This document shows positions 23,798-33,312 of a stretch of 42,007 nucleotides of DNA, piece after piece. Under the pieces are notes generated by a model, which had not been told where the DNA came from, searched no databases, and worked only from the letters and a program-made list of their open reading frames with translations. The DNA is taken from assembly GCA_050740975.1 (NCBI GenBank), contig JBOIEE010000334.1:1-42007 (forward strand), read 5' to 3'. The position numbers and the translations under genes are program-made. The stretch is from Gammaproteobacteria bacterium (GTDB taxonomy: Bacteria; Pseudomonadota; Gammaproteobacteria; JBOHHR01). Each line of letters opens with the position of its first letter. Positions within the stretch are counted from its first letter, which is position 1.

Positions 23798-26700
23798 ATG
23801 GAGAGAGGGTCATCTAGAGAACGCAATCGCGGCATCGGCATGGGTCTAAACTTTATCGTTGCCGCTTTTGTTGTCTGGAATACCGGAGGTCAGGCAGGCG
23901 TTCCACCTGATGTCGCGGGGGTGAGATCTACTGCCTCCTCGCAGGCCACCGCCCCCGCGGATCCCTGCAGAGACGAAAATAGACATGATTGGCGCCACTA
24001 CCACGTCTCTGCCATCGATGTAAAGATGGTATTAAACCGCTTCGGTGACCGTGATGACGATGCCTTCATGTACGTACTCGATGAAAAAAGAAAGAAGATT
24101 GAAGACTGGCAAAACCAGCCCGGCTGCACGAGCTGGAATAAACCCGGTGAACACAAGTCCTGCGTCACGACGGGTTTGCGCGACGACCTGGTCCAGCCCC
24201 TGGTTCTGCGTGCGAACCTGGGGCAGTGCCTGGTCATCCATTTCACCAATCGTTTGGAGGTGGATAAGTTCCTCGATCCGAATAAAACCCTGGATCGGAC
24301 CTCGGGGCGTAAGTGGCCCGTCGATCGTGTTGATCGCAAGCCTGACGGCCAGCCGATCAGCAAGGCCGCGCTCCAGATCAGCGGGTTGATATACTCGGTA
24401 GAAAAAGACGGTAAACCGGTCACCCGTGCTATCGATACATTTGCCGCCGAGAACGAAACGATCCTCTATAAGGTCCCGCTACCAAGCGACCCGGCTGCGG
24501 AGCGAGCCTACTATTTTCACGATGGAGGAGGCAACCGCCAGCGGGTGCCTCATGGTTTATTCGGTGTCATCGCGGCCGAACCGGCAGGATCCAAATACCT
24601 GGATCCGAAAACTGGTTATCTCTCAGACGGTACCGGTTGGGAGGCAATCATCGACGTTCTTCCAAAGCAGCGCGATTTCCGCGAGTTTGTTATCATCTAC
24701 CACGAGGTCGGTGATGAAAACTACGACAGGATCGTTGATGGAACGAAATATCCAGGGCCGCAAAACCCAGACGATATCTTCTTACCGCAGCTTACCCCCA
24801 GTAGCTTTGCTCCGCTGGAACAAACTTACCGGCCGGCGGGGAGGGCGCTCAACTACCGCAGTGAACCCTTCCTCCACCGGCTGGCCATCAACGGTGATCC
24901 AAATAACAGCGATCTCACGGTATCTCCGTTCGCCCAAAAAAAGGCCCTGGCTTATAGCTCCTACACCTTCGGCGATCCGGCCACCCCGATCCCGCGTTCT
25001 TATCTCGGAGAGCCCACCAAGACCCGCCTGGTGCACGGCGGCAGCGAGGTGTTTCACGTGCATCATCTGCACGGGGGTGGCGACCGCTGGCGACGAAACC
25101 CTAGATCTGATCCCAACAACGACATCAGCTCGGGCTTGAATAAGCGCCCGCTGCAGAATGTCTTTTCCACCCATCTCGATTCCCAAACCATAGGCCCAGG
25201 CACCAGCTATAACCTCGAGCACGAATGCGGTGCCGGGGGCTGCCAGCGGGCCGCTGGCGATTTTCTTTACCACTGCCACATTGGACACCACTACATCGGC
25301 GGCATGTGGGGGCTGTGGCGCGTCTTTGATACCTGGCAGCACGATCTGGCAAAACTCCCCGATATGCCCGATCCACCGAAGGCCGTGGATTCCACTCAAT
25401 TGATCGGCAAGACCTTTGAGGGAAAAACCGTGGTGCTCAAAGCCGATCCCAACGATCCGGATCAGATCAGCTTAAAAAAATGGGTTGAAGAGCAATTACC
25501 ACCCCCGGGCATACCGATTGATAATGAGGATGCTACCGTCTGGTTTTGGAGTGTAGAGGATCGAAAGGGTCTACCCCTTTATTTGGGGGAACCGGAGATC
25601 ACTCAAGAAGAAAAGTGGGCGAATTATGAGTCCCCTCACCCGGGGGAGCGCCTCCCCATCCGCTTTAATCCCATCAACGGCCGTTACGCTTGGCCGTTGT
25701 TCCGGCCCCATCTAGGCCAGCGGCCTCCCTTCGCGCCCAACGGACACTCCGGCGCACCTTGGCTGGGCGAGCAGGGTTCGGAGGAGCGCCGGGACGGGCT
25801 CTGCCCCGATCCGAAAGTGTGGGGTATTCCACACCAAAGGATTCGCCATTACCCAATTTCCGCGGTCCCTGTAGATATTCCCCGGATGGACATTCCCGAT
25901 AACGAGGTAGGGAATATCGATAGAGATGGGAAGATATTTGTCTTGAACGAAGACATACGCGGCGAAACGCACGAAGGAAAGGTTCTTTTGCCTAAGTCAA
26001 AAAACATAGAGCCTCTGGTCGTCCGCTCCAATGTAGGCGACTGTGTGCGGATCATTTTTTCCAATAGATTGAAGGACACCTTCGATGCTGTCAGTGCAAA
26101 GTTGACCACCTTGTCGAAGGTCAACATGCACACCCATTTTGTCCAGTTCGACCCGCAAGCCTCTGATGGAGTGATTACCGGGTTCTCCTATGAACAGTCG
26201 GTGCGCCCGTATAGCACTGAGACACCGCCAGGGGCGAAACAAGGACGCCGACTCGTGGCTAATACCGCGCCCGGAGCGCAAGCGATCATTGTCGATCAGG
26301 CACATAGGTTGAGGACGAATGGTCAGGCAAGGAAAGGCGTGTGGATCGGAATCGGCCTCGGGGAAGGGGTGTTGGACACACGTAACTCCTGCTGCGCTCC
26401 AAAGCCGGGTGGCCTGGTCCCGCGTACCGAGATCCGCCGTATTGAGGACATTGCTGCCTTGAATGATGGCACCTTCAAAATAATACTGGATCGACCGCTC
26501 GACTTGCCCCACGAAGCGGGTGAGGCCGTCGGTGTGGAATTCGTGCAGTATCTCTGGTATTCGGACGTTGATACGGGCACGGTGTTCTGGCACGATCACG
26601 TGGATTTTAAATCCTGGGGCCACGGGCTTGCTTCCGCCCATGTGATCGAACCGGGATCGTCTACCTGGCACGACCCTAAGACAGGTAAACCCGTTCGCAG

Positions 26701-28474
26701 CGGGGCCATCGCCGATATCCGCACACCCGCGGAGTCCTCCATAGGGGCTGGACAAAAAGGCAGCTTCCGCGAGTTTGTGCTGTTTAACATTAAAGACCAA
26801 TTATTTGGGGATTTTTTCGGGGAACGTAAGGCGACCATCAACCTGCGGGCCGAGCCGATCGATGCGGATCCCAACAATAGCACCCCGGAGCGCGATCGAA
26901 ACGGCCCCCCCGCCTATTGGTTCTCCTCGGTCAAACACGGTGATCCTGCAACCCCCATCCCGCGGGCCTACGTCGGTGATCCCTTTGTGGTTCGTCACCT
27001 GGGGGTGCTAGACCGGGAGGGCGGGATCCGCATCACCGGGCATCGCTTTCGCCTGGAGCGTTTTGCCCCCGAGGGTAAGTTCTCCGACGGTTCCCCGATG
27101 GGGATCTCAGAGCGCTATGATCTCGTGCTCGATGGGGGTGCCGGAGGTCCCTTGGGCAAGCCCGGTGATTATCTTTACTACAACACCCTGGGCCGCGATA
27201 TGTTGGGCGGAGCTTGGGGCTTGATCCGAGTCCATGACACGTGGCAGGAGGACTTAAAGCCCTTGCGCGATAGATCCCCCCCTCCGCGAGGCAACGGTTT
27301 TCCGAGCCAGACCGCGGCAAATTCGGGCGCGCGCGGAAACATCCCCGATCGGGCCGTGGACTCAGGGAACCCCTGTCCCGCGGTTGCCCCAGAAAGAGTC
27401 TATCAGATCCATCTCAGGGAGACTGAGATCTTGCAGCAAAGCCGCTTGAAAGACCTGCAAGACACGCGCGCCCGCGAAGCCTTGACCATCAAACAGGGGA
27501 TCGTCTACAGCCTGCGTGGGCAGCCTGCCGATTACAGCATTGAGCCTTTAGTGCTTCGCGTCAATCACGGGGAATGCCTTAAGATCGATCTGCACAATGA
27601 TCTTTGCTTGCCGCAGCAGCCGTGCACAGACCGCGATCTTAAACGCGCCAGCCTGCATGTGGGTGAACTGCTTTTCGATCCCCAAGGTTCACAGGGTGCG
27701 GCCATCGGCCTGAATCTGGATTCGACGGTAGCGCCGGGTGAGAAGCGGGTCTACCGCTACTTCGCCGATCAGGAACTGGGAACAACCATTGCCTTTAATC
27801 TCGCCAATCCGCCACAGGCAGGAAAAGGCGCGTTCGCGGCGGTGATCGTAGAGCCGAAAGGTTCGCAATACCGAGATATCGCGAATGGCAAACCGATCGA
27901 GACAGGGGTATTGGCCGATATTGTCAGCCCAACCCAAAGCTTCCGCGAGATCGTCACCCTCTTCCATGATAGTGATCCGTTCCTAGGTCAGAATTTCATG
28001 CTTTACCCCTGGGAGGCCCACTGTAGTCCCGGGGGCGCTCCCTCAGGGTGTAGCAGAGACCGCGGAAGTTTCAGGGGGATGTTCACCTCGATCAGCTATA
28101 AGCTGAATCCCTGGTGGATGCGGGAGGATCAAACAGCCCCCGCAGAGGTATACAGCGTGGATCGCCACGGCGATCCAGGTCTGGTGGTCAAGGGTACGGC
28201 AGGTTCACCCCTGATGTTCCGGGTGGCCGCACCGTGGGCAGAGCAGTTGCACACCTTTAGCCTGTCGGGTCACCGCTGGCCACTGGAGCCGGGCATGCAC
28301 AATTCCGAACAGGTATTCGCCCACGGGCTCGCCCCCGGATACTCGTTTGATGTGCCTATTATCGGCGGCTTTGGCGGGGAGTATGGAAAGACCGGTGATT
28401 TTCTCTTCTTCGACGCCCGCATGCCCTTTACCCAGGCCGGTTTGTGGGGATTTATTCGCGTTGAATCGAAGTAG
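23798..28474 (+). CDS. Very large (~1558 aa) multi-domain multicopper oxidase-like protein
   Basis: Copper motifs: HVHHLHG (25055-25072), HCHIGHHYIGGM (25271-25306), HTH (26129-26137), WHDH (26588-26599). N-terminal hydrophobic segment GLNFIVAAFVVW. ATG at 23798 follows AAGAGGAGGG. Confidence 0.85.
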   Translation: MERGSSRERNRGIGMGLNFIVAAFVVWNTGGQAGVPPDVAGVRSTASSQATAPADPCRDENRHDWRHYHVSAIDVKMVLNRFGDRDDDAFMYVLDEKRKKIEDWQNQPGCTSWNKPGEHKSCVTTGLRDDLVQPLVLRANLGQCLVIHFTNRLEVDKFLDPNKTLDRTSGRKWPVDRVDRKPDGQPISKAALQISGLIYSVEKDGKPVTRAIDTFAAENETILYKVPLPSDPAAERAYYFHDGGGNRQRVPHGLFGVIAAEPAGSKYLDPKTGYLSDGTGWEAIIDVLPKQRDFREFVIIYHEVGDENYDRIVDGTKYPGPQNPDDIFLPQLTPSSFAPLEQTYRPAGRALNYRSEPFLHRLAINGDPNNSDLTVSPFAQKKALAYSSYTFGDPATPIPRSYLGEPTKTRLVHGGSEVFHVHHLHGGGDRWRRNPRSDPNNDISSGLNKRPLQNVFSTHLDSQTIGPGTSYNLEHECGAGGCQRAAGDFLYHCHIGHHYIGGMWGLWRVFDTWQHDLAKLPDMPDPPKAVDSTQLIGKTFEGKTVVLKADPNDPDQISLKKWVEEQLPPPGIPIDNEDATVWFWSVEDRKGLPLYLGEPEITQEEKWANYESPHPGERLPIRFNPINGRYAWPLFRPHLGQRPPFAPNGHSGAPWLGEQGSEERRDGLCPDPKVWGIPHQRIRHYPISAVPVDIPRMDIPDNEVGNIDRDGKIFVLNEDIRGETHEGKVLLPKSKNIEPLVVRSNVGDCVRIIFSNRLKDTFDAVSAKLTTLSKVNMHTHFVQFDPQASDGVITGFSYEQSVRPYSTETPPGAKQGRRLVANTAPGAQAIIVDQAHRLRTNGQARKGVWIGIGLGEGVLDTRNSCCAPKPGGLVPRTEIRRIEDIAALNDGTFKIILDRPLDLPHEAGEAVGVEFVQYLWYSDVDTGTVFWHDHVDFKSWGHGLASAHVIEPGSSTWHDPKTGKPVRSGAIADIRTPAESSIGAGQKGSFREFVLFNIKDQLFGDFFGERKATINLRAEPIDADPNNSTPERDRNGPPAYWFSSVKHGDPATPIPRAYVGDPFVVRHLGVLDREGGIRITGHRFRLERFAPEGKFSDGSPMGISERYDLVLDGGAGGPLGKPGDYLYYNTLGRDMLGGAWGLIRVHDTWQEDLKPLRDRSPPPRGNGFPSQTAANSGARGNIPDRAVDSGNPCPAVAPERVYQIHLRETEILQQSRLKDLQDTRAREALTIKQGIVYSLRGQPADYSIEPLVLRVNHGECLKIDLHNDLCLPQQPCTDRDLKRASLHVGELLFDPQGSQGAAIGLNLDSTVAPGEKRVYRYFADQELGTTIAFNLANPPQAGKGAFAAVIVEPKGSQYRDIANGKPIETGVLADIVSPTQSFREIVTLFHDSDPFLGQNFMLYPWEAHCSPGGAPSGCSRDRGSFRGMFTSISYKLNPWWMREDQTAPAEVYSVDRHGDPGLVVKGTAGSPLMFRVAAPWAEQLHTFSLSGHRWPLEPGMHNSEQVFAHGLAPGYSFDVPIIGGFGGEYGKTGDFLFFDARMPFTQAGLWGFIRVESK

Positions 28475-28482
28475 ATGCCCTG

Positions 28483-30123
28483 ATGACGGCTAAAGCGATA
28501 GGCCTACCAAGGCAAAGAACGGCAAGGGGACAGATGTATCGGGTAGGAGCCGTAACGATGATGGCCTGCGCGCTTGGCATGGGTGATGGCCGGTCGGAAG
28601 AAAACTGTGATGATACTCCATTGACGCAGGCCACGCCCGAGGCAATCCGATCCTGCTTAAAGTACAGCTCGCGCGAAGCCCGTTTGGCTGCGCCCTATGC
28701 GCTACCGCAGAGTGTACGGGAGGAACGGACCAAAGCGCTAAAGGCAGCGCTGGCGGCTGCCATGCCTGCAGCCCAGTTAAAGAAAACGGCTTATCCAGGC
28801 GGTGTCTATGTCTATACCACCGCGGTACCTGAGTTAAAGGAAGGAGCCCCGCGCGGCAAGATCACCTACCCGCTCTACAAAGGAACCCTCGGTGCCTCGA
28901 ACGGTAAGGCGGTGCATTTTATTCTGTCTGACGCCTCCGATCGGGAGTTCGCGGAGGCATTTGGGATCACGCACGCGACTCGATTAGCGAATGTAAACGA
29001 ACAGGGTATCGAGGGTGGGTCCACCCTGAGCGGAGAGGGAAAATGGGTATTCCCCCGCGATCCGGGTTGGGTCGCCCACATCGACTCAAGCGGTCAGGTA
29101 CGAACAGGGAAGGAAAACCCCGACTATTCGCCCTTAAAAAGCCTCCTATGGAAGGACCGCACCGTCATCGTCAATGCTCCCTTTGTCACATGGGGTGAGG
29201 GCCCGGGCCAACAATTGATCATCGATAAAGGGGGCTGTGATCCCTTGATACGGCGGAGCCCGCCGAGTCGCCTGCGCGTCGGTGGAAGGCCCGATGCAGG
29301 CGGAGGACCCGAGGGATGTGAACGGGAAGGGCAGAAGAACCCGCTCAATCGCTACCGGGGCGGACAAGCGCTGGAGATCCGGCTACTGAACGACGACTGC
29401 CAGTCCGCCAAACCGTGGAAGCCCTGTGGTTGGGTAACCATGAAGCTGCATCAGACCGTCCACAGGGAGGACATCTATCCCTATCTGGCTGTGTTTTCTG
29501 CTAGCGAGGCGGACATCGCCGAGGAGTTGGGCGTGCCTCATACCCCAAAGCTCGCCTACGCTGGGCGCTCGCACGCGAGCCCGCCCCTCGGTTTGTCCGG
29601 GGATCCCGGAGGGAATGAGGGAGTCAGCGCTATCGTGGAATTTCATAACGGCGTGGAGACCTGGGCGGGGGGGCCGGCGGGTTTCCAAGCGGGTGTCATC
29701 AGCTATGGCGAACCGACCTGGAGCACCTACAGCCCGATCGTGCATGTCACCTGGGCCTTCTTCGACTGCGGGGGCGCGAAGCAGCTTTTCCCCAAGGATC
29801 GCAACGAATCGTTCGGGGTCCTACCGCAGGCTGGTATCGAGGGCTTCGATCCCAACCAAGCCCGGAGCTTTAACCCTTATCTCATGACCTATTGGAACAT
29901 AGCCTGCCCGGAGCTGGCCGCAAGATTGGCCGGCAGATCGCAGGGTATCGTATACGTGAACCGGCTGTCAGAGCTGTGGGTCGCGGGGGATCTCGTGATC
30001 ACCGAATCACCGGCGGGCTGGGTGGTGAACGCCATGCAAGGCGATTATCCGCTCCCCGACCATGCGTCCAAGATGCATCTCGTGCTCGACGCCCCGGCTC
30101 CCGTAGCCGTCATCCGACGGTGA
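28483..30123 (+). CDS. Hypothetical protein, possibly a lipoprotein, internally duplicated
   Basis: Starts 9 nt after the MCO stop. Possible short signal MYRVGAVTMMAC if it starts at 28534. Two related segments: FILSDASDREFAEAFGITHATRLA and AVFSASEADIAEELGVPHTPKLA. No family recognised. Confidence 0.55.
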   Translation: MTAKAIGLPRQRTARGQMYRVGAVTMMACALGMGDGRSEENCDDTPLTQATPEAIRSCLKYSSREARLAAPYALPQSVREERTKALKAALAAAMPAAQLKKTAYPGGVYVYTTAVPELKEGAPRGKITYPLYKGTLGASNGKAVHFILSDASDREFAEAFGITHATRLANVNEQGIEGGSTLSGEGKWVFPRDPGWVAHIDSSGQVRTGKENPDYSPLKSLLWKDRTVIVNAPFVTWGEGPGQQLIIDKGGCDPLIRRSPPSRLRVGGRPDAGGGPEGCEREGQKNPLNRYRGGQALEIRLLNDDCQSAKPWKPCGWVTMKLHQTVHREDIYPYLAVFSASEADIAEELGVPHTPKLAYAGRSHASPPLGLSGDPGGNEGVSAIVEFHNGVETWAGGPAGFQAGVISYGEPTWSTYSPIVHVTWAFFDCGGAKQLFPKDRNESFGVLPQAGIEGFDPNQARSFNPYLMTYWNIACPELAARLAGRSQGIVYVNRLSELWVAGDLVITESPAGWVVNAMQGDYPLPDHASKMHLVLDAPAPVAVIRR

Positions 30124-30143
30124 ACGCCGTGGCAGGTACCCTG

Positions 30144-30662
30144 ATGGATAGGCGGTGGAGGGTAGGGGCCGTCCTGGTTCTGGGGCTCGAAGCCGCAGGG
30201 TTGACGGCATGGGCAGCCAGCACGATTACGCCCGGGGCATCCGTGGCTGGTTTTGGGATGCGGATCGAAGGGATTGCCTGGGTTAAAGACCATATGGAGC
30301 ACAGCGACAGGTTCCCTATGCCGCCGAGCATGATGCCGGATATGCCTGCGCATGGACATGCTCGCCTGAGCATAGAGATCACCATTTACAATGAGGGAGG
30401 GGAACGACAGCTATTCCAGGCATCAGAGCTGCAACTGCGCTCCTCAGCGGGGCGCAACTGGCTGCCCTCCTCCACCACGGTAGAATCAATGGTATTGTCC
30501 ACCGGACAATTCGCGCACCTATTCCTGAATTTCGATGTGCCGGCTATAAGGGAAGAGAAGCTTCAGTTGATATGGCACCGGCGTGGAACAGAACGGGCCA
30601 TGATCGCAGTCCCTTCGCCAGGCGATTTCCATGGGCATCACGCGAGTGGACATCCCGATTGA
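30144..30662 (+). CDS. Small membrane-anchored protein with Met/His-rich motifs (putative periplasmic copper-binding protein)
   Basis: TM/signal VGAVLVLGLEAAGLTAWAAS, then DHMEHSDRFPMPPSMMPDMPAHGH and a C-terminal FHGHHASGH. I chose the ATG at 30144 within track ORF 29892-30662 (the upstream part overlaps the previous gene). Confidence 0.5.
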   Translation: MDRRWRVGAVLVLGLEAAGLTAWAASTITPGASVAGFGMRIEGIAWVKDHMEHSDRFPMPPSMMPDMPAHGHARLSIEITIYNEGGERQLFQASELQLRSSAGRNWLPSSTTVESMVLSTGQFAHLFLNFDVPAIREEKLQLIWHRRGTERAMIAVPSPGDFHGHHASGHPD

Positions 30663-30702
30663 AGAGACTATTTCTCACTAAACCTGGAGATATTGGCAGG
30701 CT

Positions 30703-31893
30703 ATGGTGACCAAAAGAAACCCTAGCTTGGGGTTTTTTGCAGCGGGTTTTTGTGCCTTATTGGTTGGTTGTCCAACCTCTCTCCCCCCTGCCCCAGAGAT
30801 TACGTCCGCTTCCCGCTTGCCGAATGCCAAAGTGGGCAGGCCTTATTCGGTGAGCCTAAAGGCAAGAGGCGGTGAAGGGCTATTGAGCTGGTCGGGTATA
30901 CCGCCGGCCGGTTTAAAGCTGACACCAGAGTCGGGTCAGATCACGGGCTCGCCCGATCACGAAGGGAACTTTCGCTTCAAGGTGTCAGTGAAAGACAGCA
31001 GCACGCCGGCCCGATCGGACAGCGAAATCTTCGCACTTACGATAAGCCCTAATGTTCCCCTGGCGATCGCCACAACCTCGCCCCTTCCAAGCGCGGGGAT
31101 AAACCAGTCCTATTCAAAGATCCTTGAAGCGATCGGCGCAGAGGGAAAACTGAGTTGGTCCTCAACTAATCTTACGGATGAGGATGACTTCACTCTAAAT
31201 CAACGCACAGGCGCTATGGAAGGGACCCCGAAGAGAACCGGCACGTTTACCTTCGACGTCAAGGTCACCGACAGCGCTAACCAGTGTGCCACCAAACGCT
31301 TTGTACTTGGGATATTGGACATTCTAACCGCCTCGCCGCTGCCGGCGGCGACCGAGGGACAGGACTACGCCCCGGTTATCCTCCAAGCGGCGGGCGGAAA
31401 CCCGCCGCTTAGGTGGGCGGGCGGACCCCCAGCAAACTTAACCCTGGATCCAGAAACGGGCGAGATACACGGTATACCGGTTGCGGATGGCGACATTAGC
31501 TTTGCTGTGAAGGTGACCGACAGCTCAACCCCACCGCGGTCTGTAACTAAAACCTTTCAACTAACCGTCCGGCCAAAGCAACCCGGGGGGGTCTGTACAA
31601 CGCACAGCGTAACTATGGATAATTTTGAATTCACACCTAAGACTTTAACTATAAAGGCCTGTGATACGGTGAAATGGGAACATAAACAGGGCGTACCCGA
31701 TGGGACCGAGCATACGGTGACCAGCGATGGCGGAGCGTTTGACAGTCGTGGGGGCAATGCTGCCGCGCGCATGTCGTTAGGGCAGGCCTTCTCCCATACT
31801 TTCGCTGCTACGGGGTCCTTCCCCTATCACTGTGTAGTCCATGGGAGCTCGGGCGGGGGTGGAATGAGCGGCACCATCAGCGTCACTCCGTAA
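30703..31893 (+). CDS. Second Ig-repeat / cupredoxin lipoprotein (paralogue of 22147-23628)
   Basis: Lipobox ALLVGC. Three to four Ig-like repeats (LP.A.VG.PYS..L.A.GG...LSWS..PPAGL.L....G.I.G.P...G.F.F.V.V.DS). C-terminal HTVTSD..YHCVVHGSSGGGGM type-1 Cu ligand set. Confidence 0.8.
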   Translation: MVTKRNPSLGFFAAGFCALLVGCPTSLPPAPEITSASRLPNAKVGRPYSVSLKARGGEGLLSWSGIPPAGLKLTPESGQITGSPDHEGNFRFKVSVKDSSTPARSDSEIFALTISPNVPLAIATTSPLPSAGINQSYSKILEAIGAEGKLSWSSTNLTDEDDFTLNQRTGAMEGTPKRTGTFTFDVKVTDSANQCATKRFVLGILDILTASPLPAATEGQDYAPVILQAAGGNPPLRWAGGPPANLTLDPETGEIHGIPVADGDISFAVKVTDSSTPPRSVTKTFQLTVRPKQPGGVCTTHSVTMDNFEFTPKTLTIKACDTVKWEHKQGVPDGTEHTVTSDGGAFDSRGGNAAARMSLGQAFSHTFAATGSFPYHCVVHGSSGGGGMSGTISVTP

Positions 31894-32222
31894 CCTCTAG
31901 GTGGTCTTTTCCTGCGGAAACGTATGTCCACTTCAGGAAATACGTGTGGTTCCCGAAAACTCGTGTGCTGGCTTGTTCTTGGCGTTCCCGCTTTTACGCT
32001 GCGAGTCGTAGGTAGTGATGTGAAGACCACTGAGATCGGGAACTTCGATGATCTTGCCCTGGTCGGGCGTCTGAACATCCCGTCCCTGGGGTGTGCCCAT
32101 CTCATCGCGACATGAAACGCGAACATCATGAGTTTCTCAACGTTTTGGGTGCCAAGTACGCAGCCATACTCCATCAACAGTAGCGGTTGGTGGACCACAT
32201 CAAAAGTGAATAGCAAGCAGCG

Positions 32223-33140
32223 ATGTTTATCCGCCAGCTCTACTACCTCGTGACCCTGGCTAAGGAGCGGCATTTCGCCCGTGCCGCGGAACTCTGCAAC
32301 GTTTCGCAGCCGGCGCTGTCGGCCGCTATCCAGCATCTGGAAGATGAGCTCGGGGTCGCCATCGTCCAGCGTGGGCAGCGCTTCGAAGGCTTCACCCCCG
32401 AGGGCGAGCGCCTACTTATCTGGGCACGGCGTATCGTAGATGACTGCGAGGGATTGCGCCAGGAAGCGACGGTTGCGCGTAAGCAATTAACCGGGACCTT
32501 ACGCCTCGGGGCTATCCCAACCGCTCTGCCAGTTGTGCCGCTACTCACGGCGCCCTGTCTAGCGGCGCATCCCGGCATTCGACAGGTGGTGCTGTCGCTG
32601 TCCGCTGAGCAGATCATCCGTCAGCTTGATGACTTCGATCTCGATCTCGGGATCACGTACCTCGAAGACCAGCGCTTGCAAGGCTTTCGCGTGTTGCCTT
32701 TGTACCGCGAGCGCCATGTGCTGCTCGCGCGCGATGCCACCCAGCTTGGCCAACGGGCGGCCATAAGTTGGCAGGATGCTGCGGAACTGCCGCTCTGCCT
32801 CTTGACACCAAATATGCAAAACCGGCGCATCATCGATGCCGCGTTCCGGCAGGCGGGTACCTCACCTCGTGTGGCGGTCGAGACCGACTCCCTCTTCGCG
32901 CTGTATTCTCACGTGCGCTGCGCTGGGCTTTACAGCATCGTGCCGCACAGCGTCCTTCATCTCTTCGAGTTGCGCCAAGAGGTAACGGCGATCCCCTTAA
33001 GCCCCGAGCTCTCGCGCTCGATTGGCGTCATCGCACCGGAGCGTGATCCGCTTCCGCCCTTAACCTCCGCCGCTTGGGCCGTCTTAGGCGAGCTTGAACT
33101 GCAGACACGCTTCGACGCCCTGATAAGCATGATCTATTGA
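32223..33140 (+). CDS. LysR-family transcriptional regulator
   Basis: N-terminal wHTH IRQLYYLVTLAKERHFARAAELCNVSQPALSAAIQHLEDELGV..V.R. 305 aa with a typical LysR substrate-binding body. Confidence 0.9.
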   Translation: MFIRQLYYLVTLAKERHFARAAELCNVSQPALSAAIQHLEDELGVAIVQRGQRFEGFTPEGERLLIWARRIVDDCEGLRQEATVARKQLTGTLRLGAIPTALPVVPLLTAPCLAAHPGIRQVVLSLSAEQIIRQLDDFDLDLGITYLEDQRLQGFRVLPLYRERHVLLARDATQLGQRAAISWQDAAELPLCLLTPNMQNRRIIDAAFRQAGTSPRVAVETDSLFALYSHVRCAGLYSIVPHSVLHLFELRQEVTAIPLSPELSRSIGVIAPERDPLPPLTSAAWAVLGELELQTRFDALISMIY

Positions 33141-33312
33141 CCCATCGATACAAACGATTGGCCTGATCGGAGCCCTCCGCTACATAATAGTGCGGATCCG
33201 GTGGTTCTACTCATGTCCCGCCGGAGGTAGTAGGTCTGATCGCAGAAGACCGATGAACCGGACGGTGCGGCCTGCTTGATCCAATCTGTTAGCGAATCAA
33301 GGGGAACAAGAA

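Noticed and set aside
25997-26800. 267-aa minus-strand ORF, and other antisense ORFs within 23.9-28.0 kb
   Set aside because: Antisense to the strongly supported multicopper oxidase gene, with no motifs.
31827-32336. 169-aa minus-strand ORF and small ORF 31924-32115 in the gap before the LysR gene
   Set aside because: No motif or RBS, and the ORF overlaps both neighbouring genes. One minus frame (..VQTPDQGKIIEVPDLSGLHITTYDSQRKSG..) looked vaguely like a mobile-element fragment, but I cannot support any assignment.
33141-33312. Possible riboswitch or leader (e.g. Moco-type) upstream of the formate dehydrogenase gene
   Set aside because: Only a weak cctccg.../...cggagg pairing is visible, and I cannot reproduce a known consensus from memory. 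This FDH type is also metal-independent. A covariance-model scan would be needed.
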